Positions 38,201 through 47,035 of a DNA stretch of 64,000 nucleotides are shown here, piece by piece. A model generated the notes under the pieces. That model saw nothing but the letters and a program-made list of their open reading frames with translations, did no database searches and was not told the DNA's origin. The position numbers and the translations under genes are program-made. Numbering within the stretch: position 1 is the first letter of the stretch; every line of letters starts with the position of its first letter. The stretch is from positions 62,001-126,000 of the IMG/VR virus record IMGVR_UViG_3300009108_000751. One strand, written 5' to 3'.

Positions 38201-39866
38201 CAGTACTTGGACAGGTGCAGAAGGTTCTCTTACAGAGGCCGGTGACTGCCTTGCAGTTATGTCTATTAGGAATATTGTAAAGACACGAGAGTTCATAAAT
38301 GAGCTTATTGATTTCGTTGACAACAATGTTAGTCCGGACCCAGGCAAGCCTTTCGGGATCTTTCTAAGACAGTTCGATAAGATCGTAGGACATAACCAGG
38401 CTGTTACCCTCGATAGCATCGATTTCTTCCGGGCCCTAGGAGATCAGCTACAGTCATCAGGTGAAAACTTTCTGTCGTCTTTCCTGGGATCAAATCAGCA
38501 GACTGGAAATGAAGACTCGCTTGAAAGGGTGAGAAATATTCTACCTCTCGCAATTCAGCCTACACAGCTCGTGTCGATGAAAAGCCAGCTGAAAGCAATC
38601 GAAGCAAAATCAGGTCTTGATCGATACTTTGATGACTTTTTTGTCGGAAGATCACAAGAAAATTTCATGTATACACTTTTATCTGACACAGCACCAAACA
38701 GATTTTTACCGAGTGGCCAACAGCTAGATTTGTCCCCAGCTACTGGAGGCAACTTAGATATAGTAACAGTAGGCATTCCGCAAGGGTTCACTGAAAATAT
38801 CTTGCAGACAAACTCAGTCGATGATCCCAATGGGTTCAATGAAAGAAAAGTGGATGTGTACGTTTTTGTCAGGGATCATATTGTCGGCAGCGGCATTAAC
38901 ATTTATCCGGGAAAATGGACTTTTGATTTAGGACTCTTTTTCAATAAAGCCTCAGATCCTGTTGACACCAACTCGGAAACCCGTCCTGAGATGACAACCG
39001 AGCAGGGGATAGAATTCTATAACACCGTAACAGGGAGGCCGTTTCCAAGCGCCGAATTCGCCCTAAAGAACAACGTGACTCTCAGGCGAATAAAAATTGA
39101 CAATCCCACTCCTGAGATTGTCAGTCGACCGGAAGATGTAGAGAAGCAGAAGATTTTTGACAATCACGTCTATGACCAGCTTGCAAAAGTCTACATAAAG
39201 ATCACAACCGGGATGGAGGTCACAGAAGAAAGCTTTTTGCTAGATTCTTCACTCGAGCAAAAGGCTGCGCTAGAACCAGATCTTTCGACTCTTAGATCCC
39301 TTTTAAATACACATCTCTCGAAGCTTCTTGGTAGGGAAGTAACTTTTGACGACTATCTTGCAGGAAACAGGAAGTTTAGGGAGCTTCTTCAAAGGCTAGA
39401 GACAGGCAAAAAGACAACTCAGATTGTTGATGAAATAAGAGCCAGAGTAGAGGGGTCAACTCCTGAGCAAGATATGCTCTCTTCTGAGGACATGGTTGCT
39501 TTTTCAAGGATGATATCTCCCAAGAATCCCATAATTACTCCCGGATTAATGAGAGAGAAAGTTGTATCCCCGAGGGTTTTTGAAAGAGTTTTCTGTCTTT
39601 TCATTGATCCCGACAAGGTAAGAGGAGTTGCGCCTAAAAATAGCGGAGCTATTGCAAATCAAGTTAGAGAAATGTACTCAGGTACGGCAGGTATAGATCC
39701 GGTCCGAGGAAACGGTGCAGCCCTTAAATACGATGAAGCTAGGCTCACTGGACCATTAAACAATATTCCAAGAGCAAGAGCTTATGAGGTTTTAGTTGTC
39801 CCGCACGGAACACCTGTTGTGGCAGAAAACGCTCCTGAGCTTCTCTCCGACTTTAGAGATTATTAA
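35226..39866 (+). CDS. Giant uncharacterised protein, 1546 aa, with G/K/N-rich N-tail
   Basis: Long uninterrupted ORF; no recognisable catalytic motif. Confidence 0.6.
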   Translation: MGGKNNAGVPKGIGKGGHGNPPVVTNKQTQNNNKGGKGAGKGGGKGAGKGGAGGQDGEDANNEVDADAIANNMARFQAGMQAQAITDRSDIARGALANQTTQSSLSFAPELQEPIAVDKQDGISLVELDGSEFPVHERGISIRKPELVAVFNFEPVFSGNRVHGNPGNAERLLTDAGKFVDAQVNARKIRISDIEVLFNELSEDPESPSGKITQNMIEILEGKISEVNQDFATIDSASKSVSMFLDALNLKNPSESIAKKFLEIRKARFERNPLLLPDKFIREMDFRTILKKNHGFTDEQINAFSSTKLFLYFLYDIRSLLMGPIENPNYPLPYRGIGKLADRRLNDIPEGRDVFLPRTRIGGHPNSKTLFAVPLIDATDGYGRGAFGSGICSLSVAGLTDEGNKTSFLGQITQNRDISKVGVQATTKELYNATLEGVGAGLIASTICTDLAFSSALGNDEFVQGLKASFPARSVTTRVADRIAPVLPSVAGTIQNQGGVSLLASDRTTLLGTTFYDDPGGEEGTIDASKPVKIFDPSEPGPVVNGAQKIRTNTPYNKFLKPVINASNQNQADSGDKTLKGFLDQVPGTFNSAAAAMDYMYATDDPILNPRALLKRVLTNIRNRIPDLNITGPLDPDKSLTLGPAIDFCLLSQGFKDATMKTEISILNTGMVGYSGPGSREYHVHKTNDLLTMFLISLSRTYSGQGKYSGVLPVANEQETANFSRINMLLAKYIHLNLFNAFRAPKHELAVASGDLAIENGRQVRINPKLDFTENIKAYPSPTLGVTKPDFEGKSFSPSRNSDGLKYTNWKEIQAKLKYYEDNVNTPGDVDDGGVRLYKIPLGQLVVLYGHLAPNTRGAQYGAGNAAPPALPFGSLVATDANSTTPIRRFKGFDVKSRLQRITGEAYDRSIFKDIIEDMDVLFEAAISRGPIVDGTTGRMISSGVDPAYLISLLISMYGHIVFDLLGIHFIPQAAHSGRGDSHTDGRNWAIRSTWTGAEGSLTEAGDCLAVMSIRNIVKTREFINELIDFVDNNVSPDPGKPFGIFLRQFDKIVGHNQAVTLDSIDFFRALGDQLQSSGENFLSSFLGSNQQTGNEDSLERVRNILPLAIQPTQLVSMKSQLKAIEAKSGLDRYFDDFFVGRSQENFMYTLLSDTAPNRFLPSGQQLDLSPATGGNLDIVTVGIPQGFTENILQTNSVDDPNGFNERKVDVYVFVRDHIVGSGINIYPGKWTFDLGLFFNKASDPVDTNSETRPEMTTEQGIEFYNTVTGRPFPSAEFALKNNVTLRRIKIDNPTPEIVSRPEDVEKQKIFDNHVYDQLAKVYIKITTGMEVTEESFLLDSSLEQKAALEPDLSTLRSLLNTHLSKLLGREVTFDDYLAGNRKFRELLQRLETGKKTTQIVDEIRARVEGSTPEQDMLSSEDMVAFSRMISPKNPIITPGLMREKVVSPRVFERVFCLFIDPDKVRGVAPKNSGAIANQVREMYSGTAGIDPVRGNGAALKYDEARLTGPLNNIPRARAYEVLVVPHGTPVVAENAPELLSDFRDY

Positions 39867-39877
39867 GGAGCAGACTT

Positions 39878-41920
39878 ATGGCCAATGCAAACTTCGCAGA
39901 GATATCAGATGCTGCTCACATCTTTAAGATGGCCAGCCCTCTTGTTTTTGATAATTTAAGCACAGAGATACCCGTAGGTACCCAGCCTACCGAATTTGTT
40001 TATAATCACTATGTCTTCGATGAGTCTGTTGATGATGATGCAAAAGCAGCAAAGTCCATTAAAGATCCAGATCCGAATGCTAAGCCAAGATTTGTAAGGC
40101 TTAGTTTTGGAATGCCTGCAGGAATTCCTGTCGACAACAGGTACACTCTAGACGGCCTCAAAAAACACCTCCTGTACAATCCACCCATCCAGGATCCCCC
40201 GCCGTACGATCCCGATGCTATTGAGGCCGAAGTAGTTGAAGGGCGATTGCAAGTTTCTTCAAGAATGATCGCAAACGAGATAAGCCTCCAGGCTAAGCCT
40301 AATTTTGCAAAGTTAGATTTGCAAGACTTAAATGCTGACACAAAGCTTTACAACCTTGTCAATACTTCTGCGCAAAAGAGAATTGCGCAAGAGAATCAAA
40401 GAGTACAAAATGATGTTGATGCGCTAAAAGAAAACTTTTTGTCTAGGAATTTCCAGAGCCAAACTGATCTGGTAAAGGTGCTAAAGCGACAAGTTCCAGC
40501 ATCTGAAGATTTTATATCGAAAGCTATGCATAACCTCGCAGAGTTAAATGAGACTTACATAGACGAAGAGGAACAAAAGCAAATAGTGCAAGATAATTTC
40601 GAAGCTGTAAAGAGAGCTCGATTCACGCCTCAAATATCTATGAAGTTTATCTCAAGCCTCGTGTCGTCAGCAGTCACCGATCCGATAGGAACATATTCTG
40701 AAGAGCTAACGCCGCTCCAGGGCATAGCTTCGCAAGCTCAATCTCGAGCTATAAGCGAGTACATGCCACTAAGCCCGGGATCAGATAAGACTACTGCTAG
40801 CATCGCGGCCCCCAATCTAATCCAAAACCCACCCGACGCGGGCCCAAGAGCGGTCGCCAAGTGGCAACTGTATGCTTTGAAAATGTATTTCGCAGGATAC
40901 ATCATCCGAAAGAATGAGATCTTACCTGATAATTTTGTTGTTGAGAAAGAAGTGATAATGCTCAGCGCAGCACCACCCGGGACTTCACAGGCTAAGGAGT
41001 ACATTGACTTTAAGGTTGCCTACGGTAGAAATTACACGTATACAGTTGAAGCTCTTTATGCTGCGACTTATCAAGTACCGTACGTGACAGATCAAGATGC
41101 CGGAAAAGGCGTAGACGATATAGCTACTGACTCAAATGCACTCCGTCAAGCTTTCTTTGTTTCTTCCCGGCGATCTAGGGCAGCATTCGTAGAGACGATA
41201 GAGAACATTCCACCTAAGCCACCGGAATCCATGCGAATAATGTGGGATCAACAAAGCCAAGGGTCTTTGATAACATGGAATATGCCTGCTAATCCACAGC
41301 GAGACATAAAGCGCTTCCAGGTCTTGAGAAGATCTTCCATCCAGGATCCGTTCGAATTGCAAATTGAGATTGATTTCGACCAGTCTGTTATCAAGTACCC
41401 GACGGTTGAAAGCGTTTCAAGAGAGCTTAAGATAAAATCAAAGGCGCCAATCTTCCATTACATCGACAAGAATATCGACAAGGGAAAACCTTTCATTTAT
41501 ACACTAAGAAGCATAGATGCTCACGGGATGATATCGCAGTACTCCGAGCAAATATCAGTCAAATATAACCGGTTTACTAACAGGCTTGATGCAGCCCTCA
41601 TTTCAACTCGAGGTGCATCAGCTCAATATCCTAATTTTAACCTTATTAGCAGAATGTTCAGCCCAACTATTAAAGATTCTAATCACACAAGAATGAAAAT
41701 TTATTTTGATCCTGAATACTTAAGATTAACCAATGAGGCCCCGGGACAACAAGATCCGGAAGATGTGACACCAAAACTTTTTAATTTTGAGGGTGATGGA
41801 GGTCAAGAGCCTAGATCGAGATTTCAATTGCAAGTTCTAAATGTCGATTTACAGCAAAGTGAAACAATAGATATACTTATACCGTGCAGTAATTCTGCAA
41901 GACAAAAGTATAAACTGTAG
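39878..41920 (+). CDS. Uncharacterised protein with C-terminal FN3-like domain
   Basis: PPKPP...LITWNMP...IKRFQVLRR...YIDKNIDKGKPFIYTLRSIDAHGMISQYS; AAGGAG RBS at 39865. Confidence 0.6.
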   Translation: MANANFAEISDAAHIFKMASPLVFDNLSTEIPVGTQPTEFVYNHYVFDESVDDDAKAAKSIKDPDPNAKPRFVRLSFGMPAGIPVDNRYTLDGLKKHLLYNPPIQDPPPYDPDAIEAEVVEGRLQVSSRMIANEISLQAKPNFAKLDLQDLNADTKLYNLVNTSAQKRIAQENQRVQNDVDALKENFLSRNFQSQTDLVKVLKRQVPASEDFISKAMHNLAELNETYIDEEEQKQIVQDNFEAVKRARFTPQISMKFISSLVSSAVTDPIGTYSEELTPLQGIASQAQSRAISEYMPLSPGSDKTTASIAAPNLIQNPPDAGPRAVAKWQLYALKMYFAGYIIRKNEILPDNFVVEKEVIMLSAAPPGTSQAKEYIDFKVAYGRNYTYTVEALYAATYQVPYVTDQDAGKGVDDIATDSNALRQAFFVSSRRSRAAFVETIENIPPKPPESMRIMWDQQSQGSLITWNMPANPQRDIKRFQVLRRSSIQDPFELQIEIDFDQSVIKYPTVESVSRELKIKSKAPIFHYIDKNIDKGKPFIYTLRSIDAHGMISQYSEQISVKYNRFTNRLDAALISTRGASAQYPNFNLISRMFSPTIKDSNHTRMKIYFDPEYLRLTNEAPGQQDPEDVTPKLFNFEGDGGQEPRSRFQLQVLNVDLQQSETIDILIPCSNSARQKYKL

Positions 41921-41930
41921 GAGAGACTAA

Positions 41931-42623
41931 ATGGGTTTTTTGCAGCAAGACACCAATAATATCATTTTAGATGCAGTCCTTACCAACGAGGGAAGACGAC
42001 GACTCGCAGCCAACGATGGAAGCTTTCGAGTAGTTGCTTTCTCTCTCGGTGACGATGAAGTTGATTATAGTATTATTCAAAAATTTGGCAGAAATGTCGG
42101 AAGAGAAAAGATCGAGAAGAATACTCCGATTTTTGAGGCACTTACAAACGCTACTTTGGAAAGTAGAAGCAGGTTGATCACAATAGCAGACTCAAATAAA
42201 GTCTCTCTTGCAACTTATTCTCTTACAAATACGCCCCTGACCTTCAATAACGTAACAGGAACACCAGATAAGCGGCCAGATGTGCAAGCAACTCTACAAG
42301 CGCCAGATTCTTCAGACATACCCTCAGAGATACAGGACTCTGTCCTGGTTGTCTCTGCTGATAGAAGATTTGTTCAAGTGTCCGATTTCACACCCTTCCA
42401 GACGGTTGATAATACAGATTATTATAATATTGTTGCATCAAGTAGAGACGCAAGAACTAGCGTGTTTAGCATTCCATTCGCGCCCAAGACGCTTATTGAC
42501 CAGGACTTCACTATCTACGGGAACAGCACTAACAAGACGCAAATTAGCACGTTTGCGACAATTCAGGGAAGACAATCAGGGCTTTCCAAAACTTTCAATA
42601 TAAAGCTGAACAAGACACAGTAA
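41931..42623 (+). CDS. Baseplate/tail-collar-related protein (N-half of DUF3751-like pattern)
   Basis: AVLTNEGRRRLAA...FSLGDDEVDY resembles the P2 gpH N-terminus (VITTAGAAKLAA...MAVGDG); AGGAG RBS. Confidence 0.6.
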   Translation: MGFLQQDTNNIILDAVLTNEGRRRLAANDGSFRVVAFSLGDDEVDYSIIQKFGRNVGREKIEKNTPIFEALTNATLESRSRLITIADSNKVSLATYSLTNTPLTFNNVTGTPDKRPDVQATLQAPDSSDIPSEIQDSVLVVSADRRFVQVSDFTPFQTVDNTDYYNIVASSRDARTSVFSIPFAPKTLIDQDFTIYGNSTNKTQISTFATIQGRQSGLSKTFNIKLNKTQ

Positions 42624-42638
42624 TTTTAAGAGGATCAA

Positions 42639-43955
42639 ATGAAAGCATTTAGTCAAAACGATATTCAGACAGCACAGTCATTTCTGACACAGCTGGTGGA
42701 TGTGATCCAAGAGGATATTTCAGGCTCAACTACACGAAGAAAATATCAGGTTTTTGTTACAGGTGGAGTAGGCCCCGGAATTACTTCTTCTCTGTTTCAA
42801 ACTGTATATGATCAAGATTTTACTTTGCAAACTGCAAACCCAGTCCTAGATTTGACTGTTGGTCTTTTTCACACAGGTTCAACAGTTTATCTTGTTAAGA
42901 CAGGTGAAGAATCCACCGGCCGCCTCCTCTTTCCTTCATCTTCTGTTATGATGAGAGAAAAGGTTGACATTTACAAAGAGATGGCAAAATCCCTTTTAGG
43001 TGATGCTGATCGAGCTTTTTACGCTCCTTTTGAAAATCAAAACGCAGACAACTCAGCAGACAACGCGCGTACAGGAAACTCCACAGGAGCCTCCGCGGGA
43101 ACTGCAGAGTTTCTCGGCGGTTACGGATCGAAAACGAGGATTGACGAAGCGATCTTCATGACCTTCAAGCGCCTTTTTGTTAGAGACGGAATGAAGAAAG
43201 AGACGTTTGCTTTCAAGATGTACACGACTGCTTCCTTGAATGGAACTGATTTCGTATCAGGGACTAATCTGAGCGTCACTTCTGAGCTTGGATCAACTAT
43301 CTTTACGGATGCTAATTCCTCTGACACTGACTTGAACGCTCCAGTCGGAGGTAGAGTTGGTGAGATTGTCAATTCCTCCAACACAAACAGTAAGGTCGGA
43401 TTGGTATTTTATGATCGAGGTATCGTGGTTCTTGATGCGCGCAAAGTCTTGTCTGGGGCGCAGCATGTCACAGGCGTAATTGCGTCAATGAACGCCAACA
43501 ATCCAAACTCCGTCGGAACAGGGAAGTCTATTATCGGTGATCCCAAAGCCGGTAAGTCTGGTAACCCAGATGCAAGATTTATTCCCGACCTGTTCGTTTC
43601 TGCTTCCGTCGACGATATTGTTGATCACTTAGCTTCCTGCAGGTTTAGTAGCGGATCTCTTACGGCAGCAACTTTCCAAAATAAGACGAGTATTAATTCT
43701 ACGCTTTATTTCGCAAGGGCAAACGCAGATGAATTCAACTACTCATCAAACACAACGTTCTTAGATACTGACGGGAACATCAATGTGATCGATGCCGCTG
43801 CAAGGCAAGATGGATCGCAAAGATCTTTCGCATTTGTAACCAAGGTAGGGCTTCACGATGCTGAAGGTAATCTATTGGCAGTGGCAAAACTTAGTCGCCC
43901 TGTTGAAAAGAACCCAGAGAAGGACATAACGTTTAGAGTCAGGCTTGACTTCTAA
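42639..43955 (+). CDS. Baseplate/tail-collar-related protein with C-terminal DUF3751-like half
   Basis: C-terminal FVTKVGLHDAEGNLLAVAKLSRP...FRVRLDF resembles P2 gpH ELGLYDDAGTLIAVAN. Confidence 0.6.
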   Translation: MKAFSQNDIQTAQSFLTQLVDVIQEDISGSTTRRKYQVFVTGGVGPGITSSLFQTVYDQDFTLQTANPVLDLTVGLFHTGSTVYLVKTGEESTGRLLFPSSSVMMREKVDIYKEMAKSLLGDADRAFYAPFENQNADNSADNARTGNSTGASAGTAEFLGGYGSKTRIDEAIFMTFKRLFVRDGMKKETFAFKMYTTASLNGTDFVSGTNLSVTSELGSTIFTDANSSDTDLNAPVGGRVGEIVNSSNTNSKVGLVFYDRGIVVLDARKVLSGAQHVTGVIASMNANNPNSVGTGKSIIGDPKAGKSGNPDARFIPDLFVSASVDDIVDHLASCRFSSGSLTAATFQNKTSINSTLYFARANADEFNYSSNTTFLDTDGNINVIDAAARQDGSQRSFAFVTKVGLHDAEGNLLAVAKLSRPVEKNPEKDITFRVRLDF

Positions 43956-43975
43956 GGTCTGTCCCGGAGACCAAA

Positions 43976-46465
43976 ATGTCAGTCCTGAAAGTTGGACCTG
44001 AAAATTTTGAGCTGATAACTATCCAGGCTGCTCCCAAGAATGTCTTTAAATCTGGGACCCTTGGGATAACAGGATCTGCTCCCCTTTTCGCAAGAAAATC
44101 AGATATGCTCAAAGAGGTTGTGCCTTTAGCGCCTCTTTCGCGAAGCTTCTATACAGAAAATACATTTCAGGAAGCGTTCAATGACTATCGTGATAGATCA
44201 TCTCAAGCCGTTAGAGATGCGACGCCAGCCCTCACTGGAAATTTTGAAGGAGCAGCATCGGCCCTATTAGAAAAAGTAAACTCACTTAGTAAGTCTCCGT
44301 CGCAGGATATTGAATCTAAGATCATAAGGTTCGAACCTTCATTTACATTCACAGCAGATACGGGTAGAAAATTAGCTATCACCAACGGATTGATGCCAAC
44401 CTACCTCCCAAGATACCCCACCTCGCAGTTTGCTTATCACAATTATCATACTCTGAATTTTTTCACGTCGTCTCAGGTGCCAAGCTCTGCTGTGCTCCTG
44501 TACCCTAATTCAGCATCTCAAGCAGATCCCAATCAAATCTCAGGATCTTATGTGGTGTCTGATGCGTTTACGTTTGAATTCTACATAAAGCCAAGATGTT
44601 ACTTAGAACAACCAGGATCAGTTAGGGCAGGAACAATCCTTCACTTGAGCTCTACATACGCTGTTTCTTTGATCCCTGGCTCCTCAAGAGACGGCAAAAG
44701 CACACCTGATGCCTTTAGATTACAGCTCCAGCTAAGCCACAGTGCAGATACTGAGCCTCGAAGCGCCACACCAGGCGCCTACCCGAACGACCTAGTATTC
44801 CTCTCAGATGACAATGTTTTAAAGCGGGATCACTGGCACCACGTTGCAATTAGATGGGGAGCCAGCAATGACGGAAAGCAAGGAAATTTTTATGTTGACA
44901 ACGAGTCCGCCGGCAATTTTACCGTATCATTAGCTTCTATAGCACCCGCACCCATGGTTCACAATCCAGGCGTATTGGCGGTCGGAAATTACTTTGTAGG
45001 GTCAAATTCAGGAAACAATAGGCAGACCAGGTTTTTCACTGCCAGAAATGCTGGCCGCGAAGGCCTTGCAATAATGGACCCTGGATCAAATGCTGAAAAT
45101 CCCGTATCTTACAACTTTAATCATCCTCTTACAGCTGAGCTTCACGAAGTAAGAATATTCGACACATTCAGGTCTGACCAGGACATTGTTGACGGAAGCA
45201 AGAGAGGGATCGATCGTACTGCCCCTGGCCTGAAGTTCTATCTTCCGCCCATGTTTACAGCGCACTCCCCCAGAAGAAAACAACTCGGAGGATTTGGAGG
45301 AGTTCTCCAGACACCTTTCTTCGGCTCCCCGGGAAGTACTACAGATCCGTTTAATATCGCTTTGTCGTATGGTGTAGGTGGACATTATCTTAATTTAGAG
45401 AATTTTACGCAAGATTTTGCAACCCGCAACTTCCCCCGGGCGATGAACTTAACAGGTGCCCAAATTACTGCAACGACACAAGCAAAGAGCTGCAATACCT
45501 TCCTTTATTCCACGGCATCTGTCAGATACAGAAATCTTTTTATGCCTCCGTGTGACAACGGTAATTTTATGCCCAATTTTGATCTGATTCGCCAGATTGA
45601 GACAGGTTCATTACCTACCGTTAAGGTGAAAACAGGCTCTAATTATTACAAGTATCGAAATGATCTTGGGGATGTAGATCTTAGCTTGATAAACCTCAGA
45701 GATCAGCTACCGTCAAGCTCTTTTGTAAATTACATAGTCGATTACTCTCCTTTCAATAAGGATGGAGATGAAGAAGTTAATAGAGATCAAAACGGCGCGA
45801 TTATAAGCGATCACATCGTTCACGTGGGTTCCGGATTTGAGAACCAAATTATGGGTCCAGGACCAGGTGACATGGGAATTGACCCAGGAGAGGTCCTCAC
45901 AATCTTCCAGAGAACCCGAGATGACAGCTCTAATGAAATTGTGATGTTCGATATTAGCAATCTGTTCTATGGGTCTAGAATTAAACCTGGAACCTTTAAG
46001 ATAGTTGACACAAATCAAACCGGGTCATTTGGTGCCCAGGCTATGACTCTGAGAGATGACGGTCATGGCAATCTTTATCGTGCAGACGCCAAGACAAAAC
46101 ACGCAACTTGGAACTCTGTAGGGAATGTCTTTTACAACGAAGGAATTGCAATCATTAAATCACCTAACATCCCTCTGTTTGGCAAGACTGATGTTGAGGT
46201 TGAATTTAGAGGAGAGAATGAGGTTCATGTTTCTAAGCTAGACATAGTTGCGCCTGCAGGCATGATCAACTCTTCTTCGAATCCAAATTATATAGTTGCA
46301 TCTTCCTCTCTCGATGCCAATGACCAAAACTCTCAGTTTGTTGCAATTACAGGCATTAATTTTCACGATGACAATCTAAACGTTATAATGAAAACGAAGT
46401 TTGCGCAACCCGTAATCAAGCGAAGTAGCGACAAGATTCTTTTTAGAACCAAACTAGATTTCTAA
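43976..46465 (+). CDS. LamG-domain baseplate protein with same C-terminal domain as preceding gene
   Basis: FTFEFYIKP...WHHVAIRW...LHEVRIFD (LamG); ITGINFHDDNLNVIMKTKFAQP...FRTKLDF. Confidence 0.6.
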   Translation: MSVLKVGPENFELITIQAAPKNVFKSGTLGITGSAPLFARKSDMLKEVVPLAPLSRSFYTENTFQEAFNDYRDRSSQAVRDATPALTGNFEGAASALLEKVNSLSKSPSQDIESKIIRFEPSFTFTADTGRKLAITNGLMPTYLPRYPTSQFAYHNYHTLNFFTSSQVPSSAVLLYPNSASQADPNQISGSYVVSDAFTFEFYIKPRCYLEQPGSVRAGTILHLSSTYAVSLIPGSSRDGKSTPDAFRLQLQLSHSADTEPRSATPGAYPNDLVFLSDDNVLKRDHWHHVAIRWGASNDGKQGNFYVDNESAGNFTVSLASIAPAPMVHNPGVLAVGNYFVGSNSGNNRQTRFFTARNAGREGLAIMDPGSNAENPVSYNFNHPLTAELHEVRIFDTFRSDQDIVDGSKRGIDRTAPGLKFYLPPMFTAHSPRRKQLGGFGGVLQTPFFGSPGSTTDPFNIALSYGVGGHYLNLENFTQDFATRNFPRAMNLTGAQITATTQAKSCNTFLYSTASVRYRNLFMPPCDNGNFMPNFDLIRQIETGSLPTVKVKTGSNYYKYRNDLGDVDLSLINLRDQLPSSSFVNYIVDYSPFNKDGDEEVNRDQNGAIISDHIVHVGSGFENQIMGPGPGDMGIDPGEVLTIFQRTRDDSSNEIVMFDISNLFYGSRIKPGTFKIVDTNQTGSFGAQAMTLRDDGHGNLYRADAKTKHATWNSVGNVFYNEGIAIIKSPNIPLFGKTDVEVEFRGENEVHVSKLDIVAPAGMINSSSNPNYIVASSSLDANDQNSQFVAITGINFHDDNLNVIMKTKFAQPVIKRSSDKILFRTKLDF

Positions 46466-47019
46466 TGTCATTTACAATCGGGCTTGATATTTCCACCTCG
46501 TGCACGGGCATATGCGTCCTCAATAAAGATGGCCATCTCAAGATTCTTACACACTTAAAGTATCCTCCTAAGATGTCCCTGTGGGCTAAAGCAGATCTCA
46601 CTAGAGAAACTTTAATGACGCTTAGAGAGCAATACAATCTCGTGATATCCGACTTCTTTGTAGAGGAAAGTTTGCAAAAGTTTCGACCAGGACTTTCGTC
46701 AGCAAAGACTCTAACAACCCTTTCTAAGTTCAATGGGATTGTGTGCTATCTGGGAAGAGAAGTTCTTGGATTAGACCCAGTGTCAATTAATGTTAATGCA
46801 GCAAGAAAGGCCGTCGGGCTAAAAATTCCAAGAGGATCTAATGCTAAAGATATCGTTCATAGCTGGGTATCCGAAGAGACTAGTTACGATTGGCCTACTA
46901 AGATTTTAAAGAGTGGACCTCGCAAGGGGAAGGAAGTAATGATCAATGAGTGCTATGATATGGCTGATGCATATCTTATCGCTCGAGCAGGCCAGAATCT
47001 TGTAAATCAGGATACTTGA
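46465..47019 (+). CDS. ruvC: RuvC-like Holliday junction resolvase
   Basis: IGLDISTSCTG (first catalytic Asp strand), FVEES, C-terminal YDMADAYLIA acidic pair. Confidence 0.8.
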   Translation: MSFTIGLDISTSCTGICVLNKDGHLKILTHLKYPPKMSLWAKADLTRETLMTLREQYNLVISDFFVEESLQKFRPGLSSAKTLTTLSKFNGIVCYLGREVLGLDPVSINVNAARKAVGLKIPRGSNAKDIVHSWVSEETSYDWPTKILKSGPRKGKEVMINECYDMADAYLIARAGQNLVNQDT

Positions 47020-47029
47020 ATCTTATAAT
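47000..47029 (+). promoter_or_regulatory. Candidate sigma70-type promoter giving leaderless primase mRNA
   Basis: TTGTAA (47000-47005), 18-nt spacer, TATAAT (47024-47029); ATG at 47036, 7 nt after the -10 box; no SD. Confidence 0.45.
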
Positions 47030-47035
47030 TATTTG

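Noticed and set aside
46465-47019. Transposase or Cas12/TnpB-type RuvC nuclease
   Set aside because: Only 184 aa, no Zn ribbon, bridge helix, terminal repeats or adjacent array; size and motifs fit a stand-alone resolvase.
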